Positions 1 through 14,300 of a DNA stretch of 64,000 nt are shown here, in pieces. How positions within the stretch are numbered: position 1 is the stretch's first letter; each line of letters begins with the position of its first letter. Source of the stretch: Eledone cirrhosa (lineage: Eukaryota). The notes below the pieces were generated by a model. The model did not search any database and was not told the origin of the DNA. It was given only the letters and a program-made list of their open reading frames with translations. The DNA is taken from contig OZ024744.1 in assembly GCA_964016885.1 (NCBI GenBank), positions 53,878,001-53,942,000 on the forward strand, written 5' to 3'. Position numbers and translations under genes: made by a program.

Positions 1-1626
1 CAACTACAGTGTCAGATAGTACAACAGACAACACAGTATTACACAGTACAAAAACAATGTCAAATAGTACAACAGACAACACTGTATTACACAGTACAAC
101 TCACTACAGTGTCAGATAGTACAAAAGACAACACAGTATTACACAGTACAACTCACTACAGTGTCAGATAGTACAACAGACAATACAGTATTACACAGTA
201 CAACTACAGAGTCATAGAGTACAACAGACAACACAGTATTACACAGTACAACTACAGTGTCAGATAGTACAACAGACAACACAGTATTACACAGTACAAC
301 TACAGTGTCAGATAGTACAACAGACAACACAGTATTACACAGTACAACTCACTACAGTGTCAGATAGTACAACAGACAACACAGTATTACACAGTACAAC
401 TACAGTGTCAGATAGTACAACAGACAACACAGTACTACACAGTACAACTACAGTGTTAGATATTACAACGCACAATACAGTATTACACAGTATAACTACA
501 GAGTCAGATAGTCCAACAGACAACACAGTATTACACAGTACAACTACAGTGTCAGATAGTACAACAGACAACACAGTATTACACAGTACAGCTACAGTGT
601 CATATAGTACAACAGGCAAAACAGTATGACACAGTACAACTACAGTGTCATATAGTACAACAGACAACACAGTATTACACAGTACAACTCACTACAGTGT
701 CAGATAGTACAAAAGACAACACAGTATTACACAGTATAACTACAGTGCCAGATAGTACAACAGACAACACAGTATTACACAATACAACTCACTACAGTGT
801 CAGATAGTACAACAGACAACACAGTATTACATAGTACAACTACAGTGTCAGATAGTACAACAGACAACACAGTATTACACAGAACAACTACAGTGTCAGA
901 TAGTATAACAGACAACACAGTATTACACAGTACAACTACAGTGTCATATAGTACAACAGACAACACAGTATTACACAGTACATCTACAATGTCAGATATT
1001 ACAACAGACAACACTGTATTACACAGTACAATTACAGTGTCAGATAGTACAACAGACAACACAGTATTACACAGTACATCTACAATGTCAGATATTACAA
1101 CAGACAACACTGTATTACATAGTACAACTACAGTGTCATATAGTACAACAGACAACACAGTATTACACAGTACATCTACAATGTCAGATATTACAACAGA
1201 CAACACTGTATTACATAGTACAATTACAGTGTCAGATAGTACAACAGACAACACAGTATTACACAGTACAACTACAACGTCAGATAGTACAACAGACAAC
1301 ACAGTATTACACAGTACAACTACAGTGTCAGATAGTACAAAAGACAACACAGTATTACACAATACAACTCACTACAGTGTCAGATAGTACAACAGACAAC
1401 ACAGTATTACACAGTACATCTACAATGTCAGATATTACAACAGACAACACTGTATTACACAGTACAACTACAATGTCAGATAGTACAACAGACAACACAG
1501 TATTACACAGTACAACTACAGTGCCAGATAGTACAACAGACAACACAGTATTACACAGTACATCTACTGTGTCAGATAGTACAACAGACAACGCAGTATT
1601 AAATAAGCTAACTCACTACAGTGTCA
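1..1626. repeat. 48-bp satellite array 1 (open at window start)
   Basis: Tandem unit CAACTACAGTGTCAGATAGTACAACAGACAACACAGTATTACACAGTA; recurrent +4 variant (ACAACTCACTACAGT). Explains the SDSTTDNTVLHSTTTV / LSVVLSDTVVVLCNTV ORFs. Confidence 0.97.
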
Positions 1627-1789
1627 TTGGCAGAATCATTAAAGTAAACAGGTAAATTGCCAGAATCATTATAGTGTGTGTATTGACTTGGTAATTGGTC
1701 TGTCCCTCTTCTCTTTGAGTCCAAACTCTGCCAATATCTTATTTTTCATTCATATATTCCAGTTCGATAAATAACCTACAGGTCCATGG

Positions 1790-2430
1790 CTTGAGGCTTG
1801 GGTGAATTGGATAATTTTGACTGTAGGTTCTGATTTCAAATACCACCACATGCCATCAGGAAAGTATTGACAACTCTGCTGGGTGTTGCAGTTTTTAGGT
1901 TATATCAGCGATTGGTTTGTTCTGGCGATCTACACTTCTCCTATTAGGTGAGGTTGGCTAAATTAAACTTGGAAGAGAAGAGAATAAATATATAATGTTG
2001 TTAAGGAAGTCTAATTGAGGCATGTCACCAGGCCTTGGTTTTGGGTGTATGTTGAGAGTGGGTCTTCCGAATATTCTTATTAACCACTCTAATTTACCAT
2101 AGATATAAGGCTGAGATAATGGTGGACACTTCCATCTAGTGACAATTCTTGATAATAACCGTGTTTAATTTGATGTTTAAAGGTTTTTGATAGGCCATTA
2201 CTTTCAATAATAATAATAACTCCTAACTGTAACACATAGTTTAGCAATCCTTTTATTTGATTGCGGTTTATTTCGCCTTTTCTTGACTTCCGTAAGGGCA
2301 GAAAGAAAGCCCAGCCAGCGTGAACATTTAAATCCTGCTCTGTAGGTGTTTATTATGGGTATAATATATTCTGAATCCAGTATATGTAGTAACGGCAGAT
2401 ATAGGGTAATTAAACAGGATTATGGTGTTA
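1790..2430 (-). mobile_element. Heavily decayed tyrosine-recombinase remnant (DIRS/Ngaro-like), tentative
   Basis: Hand translation across frameshifts gives, in the expected order, LPLLHIL, MFTL..AFFLPLRKS, KTFKH and a G-x-(W)-K-S-like end, resembling YR motifs of Ngaro/DIRS elements. Confidence 0.4.
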
Positions 2431-2519
2431 TTATTTCTATTATGCAATAGGAATAAAAGGAAGGGGTAACATATTCCAAACATACAGAAGTTATTTATAT
2501 AAGTAACTTAAGTCTGGTG

Positions 2520-3330
2520 AAAAAGCATTTGACTGTGTTTGGCATTAGGTCCTCTGGAATATGATGGAATATTACAATTTGACATCAACCTAATTGAAGT
2601 AAATAAAACGCTGTATGACAATTCAAATAATGCTGTCCTTCTGAAATATAACACCAGAAAATTTTTCAGGAAACCAGTGTGAGTTCAAAAATGATGTCTC
2701 GTTTCTGTAAAAAATTATGCAAGAGATACTCCGAGAATTCCACACGACTGTTTCCATCGGAGGATGACCCATTTGCTGATTACATTGACATGTTAGGAAG
2801 TGACGGAACAGAACTCCAGAAGCTCACGACCAGACTGTAAATTTTATCAGGAGTATACGTGATGGGGATCTGCTCAAAAAAGAAAAATATTCTGGATAAT
2901 AGTCATTGTCCGAATACTGCAACTAATATCATCCTGAAGAGAGGAAGTCTTGAAGAAGTGGACGCCATCTAGTACCTAGTATCCACTCTGACCAAAGACA
3001 GAAAATCTCAAAAGGTGATACAAGAATCAGCCAGACACGTCTACCATGATAAAGCTGAATGTCATATGAAAACACAACTCCATTGGTTTTCCAACGAACC
3101 TCAATATATAAAAGTCCTTGGTGCCTTCGAACCTTTTATATGAATGAGAGTTGGATTCTCACAGTTGATATGGAAAACAATCAATGCATTCAAAAATGAG
3201 GGCACCACATGACTATCATACATCTCATATACGGAGCAGAAAGCAGCCAGCTTTGTCAGGCAGCAAGTTAACAATTATCTGGCAGACAGGAACAACTCAA
3301 TGTGACCTTTGGACGATGGCCATTCTAACA
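2520..3330 (+). mobile_element. Decayed RTE-clade LINE reverse transcriptase remnant
   Basis: KAFDCVWH, VSIGG, FAD-x-IDML, LEEVD..YL..TLTKD motifs with multiple stops and frameshifts. Confidence 0.7.
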
Positions 3331-3409
3331 CACATCCAGTGAGCACTTGTGCAGTTCATGTCCTCCTTCATTGACAAAATGTTTCTTTTTTTTTAATATA
3401 TTACATCAT

Positions 3410-4035
3410 TTCCTCTACCTGGGAAAGAAACGAGAAAAGCACCGTTATACATCTTTGCTTACTTCACAAATTCACTGTCATAGGAACATACGACACCTTA
3501 GATATAGATATCTGCCAAATAACTTAACTAAAGCTGCTGAACACTAAGTAACTGAAGTATATGATTGAATTATATCCGTATATATACAGTTTAGATATAA
3601 CCTGTGACTGCGTAGGTGTTCCAAATATATGGTTTTCTCTATAAATGGAATAACTGTTATATAACTTTACTCGGGATATTAATGAAATTGGGTATATAAC
3701 ACCCTCTGTTACGTATTTCCTTGTGGTTATTTAGAAGGTGGACAGCCTTCTTATGAGAGTCTAACTACGTCTGGATGAAATATATTTAACATTTATTTAA
3801 TTTACATGGAAACGCATATATTTGGTATGTTTATATACCTAGATACTAAAAATATATAAATTTAATTACACATTCACCTAATCACAGTTACCTCTATAAT
3901 GTATATATATATATATAGAATTATATCAAACACACATAAATAAATATAAGTTTCTATTTTTTTTTAAAGATATATAAATGTTATTTCAATATAAATGCAT
4001 GAGAAAAAGTTAAGAAAGGTTTATATTTATATGTT
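3410..4035 (+). pseudogene. Dead partial paralog of the intron and first coding exon start of the gene at 31604
   Basis: Colinear with about 30890-31670 (shared GGGTATATAACACCCTCTG-TACGTATTTCCTTGTGGTTATTTAGA, CTTATGAGAGTCTAACTA, GATACTAAAAATATATAAAT). Acceptor AG at 3968-3969 is kept, first ATG is lost, second ATG (3999) is followed by TAA at 4011. Confidence 0.75.
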
Positions 4036-4209
4036 CACACGTACTTCAATGTATTTATAGCTTCAAACTCTATAGTCTAACAACTAACCACTTATATACG
4101 TTCTACAAATCTAAACCTGAAGGCCCCATTCCCTCAATTATCTACAACTTGATCCTACATCAATAAATACTTTATCTTCTAACAACGTCTCGCATGATTT
4201 TGTGAAAGT

Positions 4210-4430
4210 ACGGGACTTAATAGTTAGAGTGTTCAACTCACAATTGTAAGGTTGTGAAATGGATTCCCACCGAATTCTTTGGTGTCCTTGAGCAAGACAC
4301 TTTATTTCACCAGATCACTCCGCGTTCTCCCTCACTGTCATGCTAAATCTCCCTGAGAACTAAGTTACGGATACAAATGTTTGTAGAATGTTTAATGATT
4401 TTCATGTTAATTTCATGAGTAGGCTGCTCC
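4210..4430 (+). mobile_element. Decayed tRNA-derived SINE
   Basis: A/B-box-like head followed by GTGTCCTTGAGCAAGACACTT, a motif typical of conserved SINE central domains. Confidence 0.55.
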
Positions 4431-4734
4431 AAATTTAAAACACATAAATCTTACCTCTGTACATCATATGCCGATTTCTCCTACTTGTAACTAACTAACA
4501 CCTATTTCATCCATTGAACACTCATCCCCCTTGAATCGCCTGCAATATATATAAATCAATATTCCTCTAAACATCTAAGGGAGCTTACTTCATTACCTCA
4601 GTATCCCTAACTTCAGCTACGTATAAAATGTGAAACTGAATGTCAATTATATCACACCAGTTTATCACGATCTCGACGACAACCCCACCAACAACATCAT
4701 CCAGACTAGCTACAGAAACCACGTCAACCATATC

Positions 4735-5285
4735 AACCAGATCACATCGGTCTATCAATGTCAGAACACAATCCACTCCAGCCCCGCTCTATAGGTCTGT
4801 CAATGTCTGGACACAAACCATTCCAACCACATCACATTAGTCTGTCAAGTTCTGAGCATAAACCACATTAATATGTCAATGTCAGAACACCAAACGTATC
4901 ACATTAGTACGTCAAGTTCTGAACACCAACCATATCACATTAGTCTGTCAAGTTCTGAGCATAAACCACATTAATATGTCAATGTCAGAACACCAACTGT
5001 ATCACATTAGTACGTGAAGTTCTGAACACCAGCCATATCACATTAGTCTGTCAAGTTCTGAGCATAAACCACATTAATATGTCAATGTCAGAACACCAAC
5101 TGTATCACATTAGTACGTGAAGTTCTGAACACCAACCATATCACATTAGTCTGTCAAGGAGAAAACACCAACCACATCACATTAGTATGTCATGCTCTGA
5201 ACACCAATCACATCACATTCGTGTTTCAAGTTCCGAACAAAAACCACATCACATTAGACCTAATAAGTTCTGAACAAAACCAATA
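4735..5285. repeat. Minisatellite of 31/36-bp subunits with a 103-bp higher-order repeat
   Basis: TCTGAGCATA recurs at 4851, 4954 and 5057 (period 103 = 31+36+36); degenerate subunits on both sides. Confidence 0.9.
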
Positions 5286-6073
5286 GCAATCTCATTATAT
5301 TCCATACGACATCAAATGGTTTAAGGGTTTAAAAACTTCTCTTCCATCCCTGATAAATTGATTTAAAGAACAAAGAAGCATTGTTCTTTCTATATCTTTC
5401 AAGATCATAGCTTTGATTTGCGTGGTTGAATGGTTATTGTTTATTATGTTAGAAAAATTGAATTGATTCAATATATGGGCTCAGGTGTTCTTGATAAACA
5501 ATTGTACTCAGTTACTGAATACCATACTGTTTAGATAGTTGCTACAGTTTCATATAAGTAAATATTGAATCTGCCATTGGCTAACAATCTTTTAAACATA
5601 AACCTATATTTTCTGTAAACTTTCAAAGTTTATATATTAATGAAAATATTTTCTGTTGACCGGAGTTCAGTAGAGAAGCATACAACTGAAATATAAGTAA
5701 GTTACTTACTATTGTATTTATTCTTTGATTTTAAGTGTAGTTTTCTGTAATTCTCTTATAAATCATTTGTGATTTAGAGTCGCCAACATCACGTTAGTTT
5801 TATTTATGTGACACCAGTATGTTTTTCGGAATTTAATTACTTAAGGCTACAACATTTCATCTTCCAATTCACAACAAAGAGAGACACAGCATCACATATA
5901 GCAACTCACAAAAAGGGGAGACCCACAACATTACATTTGCCAGCTGTCAGAAAAGAGAAACACAACATGCTAGCCATCAACTACTAACAAAGAAAAACAC
6001 ATTAACTCATAACATAAAGACACAACATTTATTTGATTTTAAGTATAATTTTCTGTAATTCTCTTATAAATCA

Positions 6074-7032
<959 letters not shown>

Positions 7033-7149
7033 TTTGTGAGTTAGAGTCACCAACATCACATGAGTTTTATTTATGTGACACCAATATATTTTTTGCTGTT
7101 TATTTTGTTGAAGCTATAATGATTAAGGGTGAGACCAACTCATAGCATA

Positions 7150-8230
7150 GGGTTACTCTTGCACATCTGGTAACACACAACAGAGAGTGAGAGAGTAACA
7201 TTGTCTCATCTACTAACACACAACATAGAGAGTTATTCTACCACATCTGTTAACACACAACCGAGAGAGTAACACTGTCTCATCTGCTAACACACAACAT
7301 AGAGAGTTACTTTATCACATCTGGTAACACACGACAGAGAGAGTAAAACTGTCTCATCTGCTAACACACAACATAGATAGTTGCTGTGTCACATCTGTTA
7401 ACACAGAGCAGAGTGAGAGTAACACTGTCTAATCTGCTAACACACAACAGAGAGAGTTACTCTATCACATCTGTTAACACACAACATAGAGAGTCACTCT
7501 ATCACATCTGTTAACACACAACAGAGAGAGTTACTCTATCACATCTGTTAACTCACAACATAGAGAGTTACGCTATCATATCTGTTAACGCACAACAGAG
7601 AGAGTTACTCTATCACATCTGTTAACTCACAACAGAGAGAGTTACTCTATCACATCTGTTAACACACAACATAGAGAGTCACTCTATCACATCTGTTAAC
7701 ACACACAACAGAGAGAGTTACTCTATCACATCTGTTAACTCACAACATAGAGAGTTACGCTATCACATCTGTTAACACACAACATAGAGAGTAACACTGT
7801 CATATCTGATAACACACAACATAGAGAGTTACTCTATCACATCTGTTAACTCACAACAGAGAGAGTTACTCTATCACATCTGTTAACACACAACAGAAAT
7901 AATTAATCTGTTACATCTGCCATCTCACAACAGAGAGAGTAACTCTGTCACATCTGATAACACACTACAGAGAGCGTTACTGTTACATCTGCCAACTCAC
8001 AAAGGTGAGTTACTCCATCACATCTGCCAACATACAACAAACAGGCACAACATCTGCATGTCTGCCAAATCAGAAAATATAATCTACAAACTAACACGAA
8101 AAGAGAGGCATATCATCTCATTTATTAACTCACAACAAAGAGAGGTACAGCATCACATCTGTTAACTCACAACAAAAATAGGTACCACATCACAACTGCC
8201 AACTCAACACACAAGAGATATACAACATCC
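7150..8230. repeat. 37-bp minisatellite
   Basis: Unit CACACAACAGAGAGAGTTACTCTATCACATCTGTTAA, homogeneous at about 7440-7900 and degenerate at the edges; related degenerate units at about 5865-6030. Confidence 0.92.
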
Positions 8231-8397
8231 CATCTAAAATCCCAAATAACCAAATAACAATCTCTTATTGTGTCGAGTGGAAGGTTTTGGTTGACTGTAA
8301 AACTGTAACGTATTGTTGCAAGGTATTTTATAGAAACATGTATGTATTAAGTACAACATGTTACAGTAGCACTGAAGCTGATTCATTACTGTGGGAG

Positions 8398-11300
8398 TAC
8401 AACAGGTGACACCGTATTACACAATACAACTCACTACAGTGTCAGATAGTACAACAGACAACACAGTATTACACAGTACAACTACAGTGTCAGATAGGAC
8501 AACAGACAACACAGTATTACACAGTACAACTACAGTGTCAGATAGTATAACATACAATACAATATTACACAGTACAACTACAGTGTCAGATAGTACAACA
8601 GACAACACAATATTACACAGTACAACTCACTACAGTGTCAGATAGTACAAAAGACAACACAGTATTACACAGTACAATTACAAGGTCAGATAGTATAAAA
8701 GACAACACAGTATTACACAGTACAACTACAGTGTCAGATAGTAAAAAAGACAACACAGTATTACACATTACAACTACAGTGTCAGATAGTAAAACAGACA
8801 ACACAATACAACTACAGTGTCATATAGTACAACAGATAACACAATACAACTACAGTGTCATATAGTATAACAGACAATACAGTATTACACAGTACAACAA
8901 CAGTGTCAGATAGTACAACAGACAACACAGTATTACACAGTACAACAACAGTGTCAGATAGTACAAAAGATAACACAGTATTACACAGTACAACTACAGT
9001 GTCAGATAGTACAACAGACAACACAGTATTACACAGTACGACTAATGTCAGATAGTACAACAGACAACACAGTATTACACAATACGACTAGAGAGTCACA
9101 TAGTACAACAGAAAAGACAGTATTACATAGTACAACTACAGTGTCAGATAGTACAACAGACAACACTGTATTACACAGTACAACTACAGTATCATATAGT
9201 ACAATAGGCAACACAGTATCACACAGTACAACTACAGTGTCAGATAGTACAACATACAACACAGTATTATACAGTACAACTCAATACAGTGTCAGATAGT
9301 ACAACAGACAACACCGTATTACACAGTACAACTTACTACAGTATCAGATAGTACAACAGACAACACAGTATTACACAGTATAAATACAGTGTCAGATAGT
9401 ACAACAGACAACACATTAGTACACAGTACAACTCACTACAGTATCAGATAGTACAACAGACAACACAGTATTACATAGTATAACTACAGTGCCAGATAAT
9501 ACAACAGACACCACAGTATTACACAGTACAGATGCAGTGTCATATAGTACAATAGTCAACCCAATATTACACAGTACAACTACAGTGTCAGATAGTACAA
9601 CAGTCAACACCATATTACACAGTACAACTACAGTATCATATTGTAAAACCGACAGCACAGTATTACACAATACAACTACAGTGTCATATAGTATGAGACA
9701 ACACAGTATTACACAGTACAACTACAGTGTCAGATAGTGCAGCAGATAACACAGTATTACACAGCATAACTACAGTGTCAGATATTACAACATACAACAC
9801 AGTATTTCACAGTACAACTAGTGTGTCAGATAGTACAACAGACAACACAGCATTACACAGTACAACTACAGTGTCAGATAGTACAACAGACAACACGATA
9901 TTACACAGTATAACTACAGTGCCAGATAGTAGAACAGACAACACAGTATTACACAGTACAACTACAGTGTCAGATAGTACAACAGACAACACAGTATTAC
10001 ACAGTACAACTAGAGTGTCATATAGTACAACAGACAACAGAGTATTACACAGTACAACTACAGTGTCAGATAGTACAACAGACAACACAGTATTACACAG
10101 TACAACTACAGTGTCAGATAGTACAACAGACAACACGATATTACACACTACAACTACCGTGTCAGGTAGTACAACAGACAACACAGTATTACACAGTACA
10201 ATTAGAGTGTCAGATAGTACAACAGACAACACTGTATTACACAGTACAACTACAATGTCATATAGTACAACGGGCAACACAGTATTTCACAGTACAACTA
10301 CAGTGTCAGATAGTACAACATACAACACAGTATTACACAGTACAACTCACTACAGTATCACATAGTACAACAGACAACACAGTATTACATATTACAAGTA
10401 CAGTGTCAGATAGTACAACAGACAACACAGTATTACACAGTACAACAACAGTGTCATATAGTACAATAGTCAACCCAATATTACACAGTACGACTAGTGT
10501 CAGATAGTATAACAGACAACACAATATTACACAGTACAACTACAATGTCAGATGTTAAAACAGACAACACAGTACAACTACAGTGTCAGATAGTACAACA
10601 GACAACACAGTATTACACAGTATTACACAGTACAACTAAAGTGTTAGATAGTACATCAGACAACACAGTATTACATAGTACAATTACAGTGTCAGATAGT
10701 ACAACAGATAACACAGTATTATACAGTACGACTAGTGTCAGATAGTACATCAGACAAGAGAGTATTACACAATACAACTAGAGTTTTAGATAGTAAAACA
10801 GACAACACAATATTACACTGCATGACTCGTGTCAGATAGTACATCAGACCACACAGTATTACACAGTAGGACAAGTATCAGATTGTACAACAGACAACAC
10901 AGTATTCCACAGTACAACTACAGTGTCAGATAGTACAACAGACAACACAGTATTACACAGTACAACTACAATGTCAGATAGTACAAGACAGCACAGTATT
11001 ACACGGTACAACTATAATGTCAGATAGTACAACAGAAAACACAGTATTACACAGTACAACTAGAGTGTCAGATAGTCCAACAGACAAGACAGTATTACAC
11101 AGTACAATTACAGTGTCAGATAGTACAACAGACAACACAGTATTACACAGTACATCTAGAGTATCAGATAGTACAACAGACAACACAGTATTACACAGTA
11201 CAATGACAGTGTCATATCGTACAACAGACAACACAGTATTACACAGTACAACTAGAGTATCAGATAGTACAACATACAACACAGTATTACACAGTATAAC

Positions 11301-14300
11301 TACAGTGTCAGATAGTACACCAGACAACACAGTATTACACATTAAAACTAGAGTTTCAGATAGTACAACAGACAACACAGTACTACACAGTACAATTACA
11401 GAGTCATATAGTACAACAGACAACACAGTATTACACAGTACACCTACAGTGTCATATAGTACAACAGACAACACAGTATTACACAGTACAACTACAGCAT
11501 CAGATAGTAAAACAGATAACACAGTATCACACAGTACAACTACAGTGTCAGATAGTATAACAGACAACACAGTATTACACAGTACAACTACAGTGTCAGA
11601 TAGTACAACAGACAACACAGTATTACACAGTAAAACTACAGTCTCAGATAGTACAACAGACAACACAGTATTACACAGTACAACTACAGTGTCAGATAGT
11701 ACAACAGACAATACAGTATTACACAGTACAACTACAGTGTCAGATAGTACAACAGACAATACAGTATTACACAGTACAACTACAGTGTCAGATAGTACAA
11801 CAGACAACACAGTATTACACAGTACAACTACAGTGTCATATAGTACAACATACAACACAGTATTACACAGTACAACTACAGAGTCATATAGTACAACAGA
11901 CAACACAGTATTACACAGTACAACTACAGTGTCAGATAGTACAACAGACAACACAGTATTACACAGTACAACTACAGTGTCAGATAGTACAACAGACAAC
12001 ACAGTATTACACAGTACAACTCACTACAGTGTCAGATAGTACAACAGACAACACAGTATTACACAGTACAACTACAGTGTCAGATAGTACAACAGACAAC
12101 ACAGTATTACACAGTACAACTCACTACAGTGTCAGATAGTACAACAGACAACACAGCATTACACAGTACAAACACAGTGTCATATAGTACAACAGACAAG
12201 ACAGTATTACACAGTACGACTAGTGTAAGATAGTACAACAGACAACATAATATTACGCAATACGACTACAGTGTCACATAGTACAACATACAACACAGTA
12301 TTACATAGTACAACTACAGTGTCAGATAGTACAACAGACAACACAGTATTACACAGTACAGCTACAGTGTCATATAGTACAACAGGCAACACAGTATCAC
12401 ACAGTACTACTACAGTGTCAGATAGCACAACATACAACACAGTATTACACAGTACAACTCAAAAGAGTGTCAGATAGTACAACAGACAACACAGTATTAC
12501 ACAGTACATCTAGTGTCAGGTAGTACAACATACGACACAATATTACACAGTACGACTAGTGTCAGATAGTACCACAGACAACACAGTATTACACAGTACA
12601 ACTACAGTGTCACATAGTACAATAGTCAACCCAATATTACACAGTACGACTAGTGTCAGATAGTACATCAGACAAGACAGTATTACACACTACAACTAGA
12701 ATGTTAGATAGTACAACAGACAACACAATATTACACAGCATGTCTCCTGTCAGATAGTACAACAGACAACACAGTATTACACAGTACAACTACAATGTCA
12801 AATAGTACAACAGAAAACACAGTATTACACAGTACAACTACAGTATCAGATAGTACAACAGACAACACAGTCTTACACAGCACAATTACAGTGTCAGATA
12901 GTACAACAGACAACACAGTATTACACAGTACATCTACAATGTCAGATACTACAAGATAACACAGTATTACACAGTACAACTACAATGTCAAATAGTACAA
13001 CAGAAAACACAGTATTACACAGTACAACTACTGTATCAGATAGTACAACAGACAACACAGTATTACACAGCACAATTACAGTGTCAGATAGTACAACAGA
13101 CAACACAGTATTACATAGTACAACTACAGTGTCATATAGTACAACAGACAACACAGTATTACACAGTACAACTTACTACAGTATCAGATAGTACAACAGA
13201 CAACACAGTATTACACAGTATAAATACAGTGTCAGATAGTACAACAGACAACACATTAGTACACAGTACAACTCACTACAGTATCAGATAGTACAACAGA
13301 CAACACAGTATTACATAGTATAACTACAGTGCCAGATAATACAACAGACACCACAGTATTACACAGTATAGATGCAGTGTCATATAGTACAATAGTCAAC
13401 CCAATATTACACAGTAAAACTACAGTGTCAGATAGTACAACAGTCAACACCATATTACACAGTACAACTACAGTATCATATTGTAAAACCGACAGCACAG
13501 TATTACACAATACAACTACAGTGTCATATAGTATGAGACAACACAGTATTACACAGTACAACTACAGTGTCAGATAGTGCAGCAGATAACACAGTATTAC
13601 ACAGTATAACTACAGTGTCAGATATTACATCATATAACACAGTATTTCACAGTACAACTAGTGTGTCAGATAGTACAACAGACAACACAGCATTACACAG
13701 TACAACTACAGTGTCAGATAGTACAACAGACAACACGATATTACACAGTATAACTACAGTGCCAGATAGTACAACAGACAACACAGTATTACACAGTACA
13801 ACTACAGTGTCAGATAGTACAACAGACAACACAGTATTACACAGTACAACTACAGTGTCATATAGTACAACACAGACAACAGAGTATTACACAGTACAAC
13901 TACAGTGTCAGATAGTACAACAGACAACACAGTATTACACAGTACAACTACAGTGTCAGATAGTACAACAGACAACACGATATTACACACTACAACTACC
14001 GTGTCAGGTAGTACAACAGACAACACAGTATTACATAGTACAATTAGAGTGTCAAATAGTACAACAGACAACACTGTATTACACAGTACAACTACAATGT
14101 CATATAGTACAACGGGCAACACAGTATTACACAGTACAACTCACTACAGTATCACATAGTACAACAGACAACACAGTATTACATATAACAAGTACAGTGT
14201 CAGATAGTACAACAGACAACACAGTATTACACAGTACAACAACAGTGTCATATAGTACAATAGTCAACCCAATATTACACAGTACGACTAGTGTCAGATA

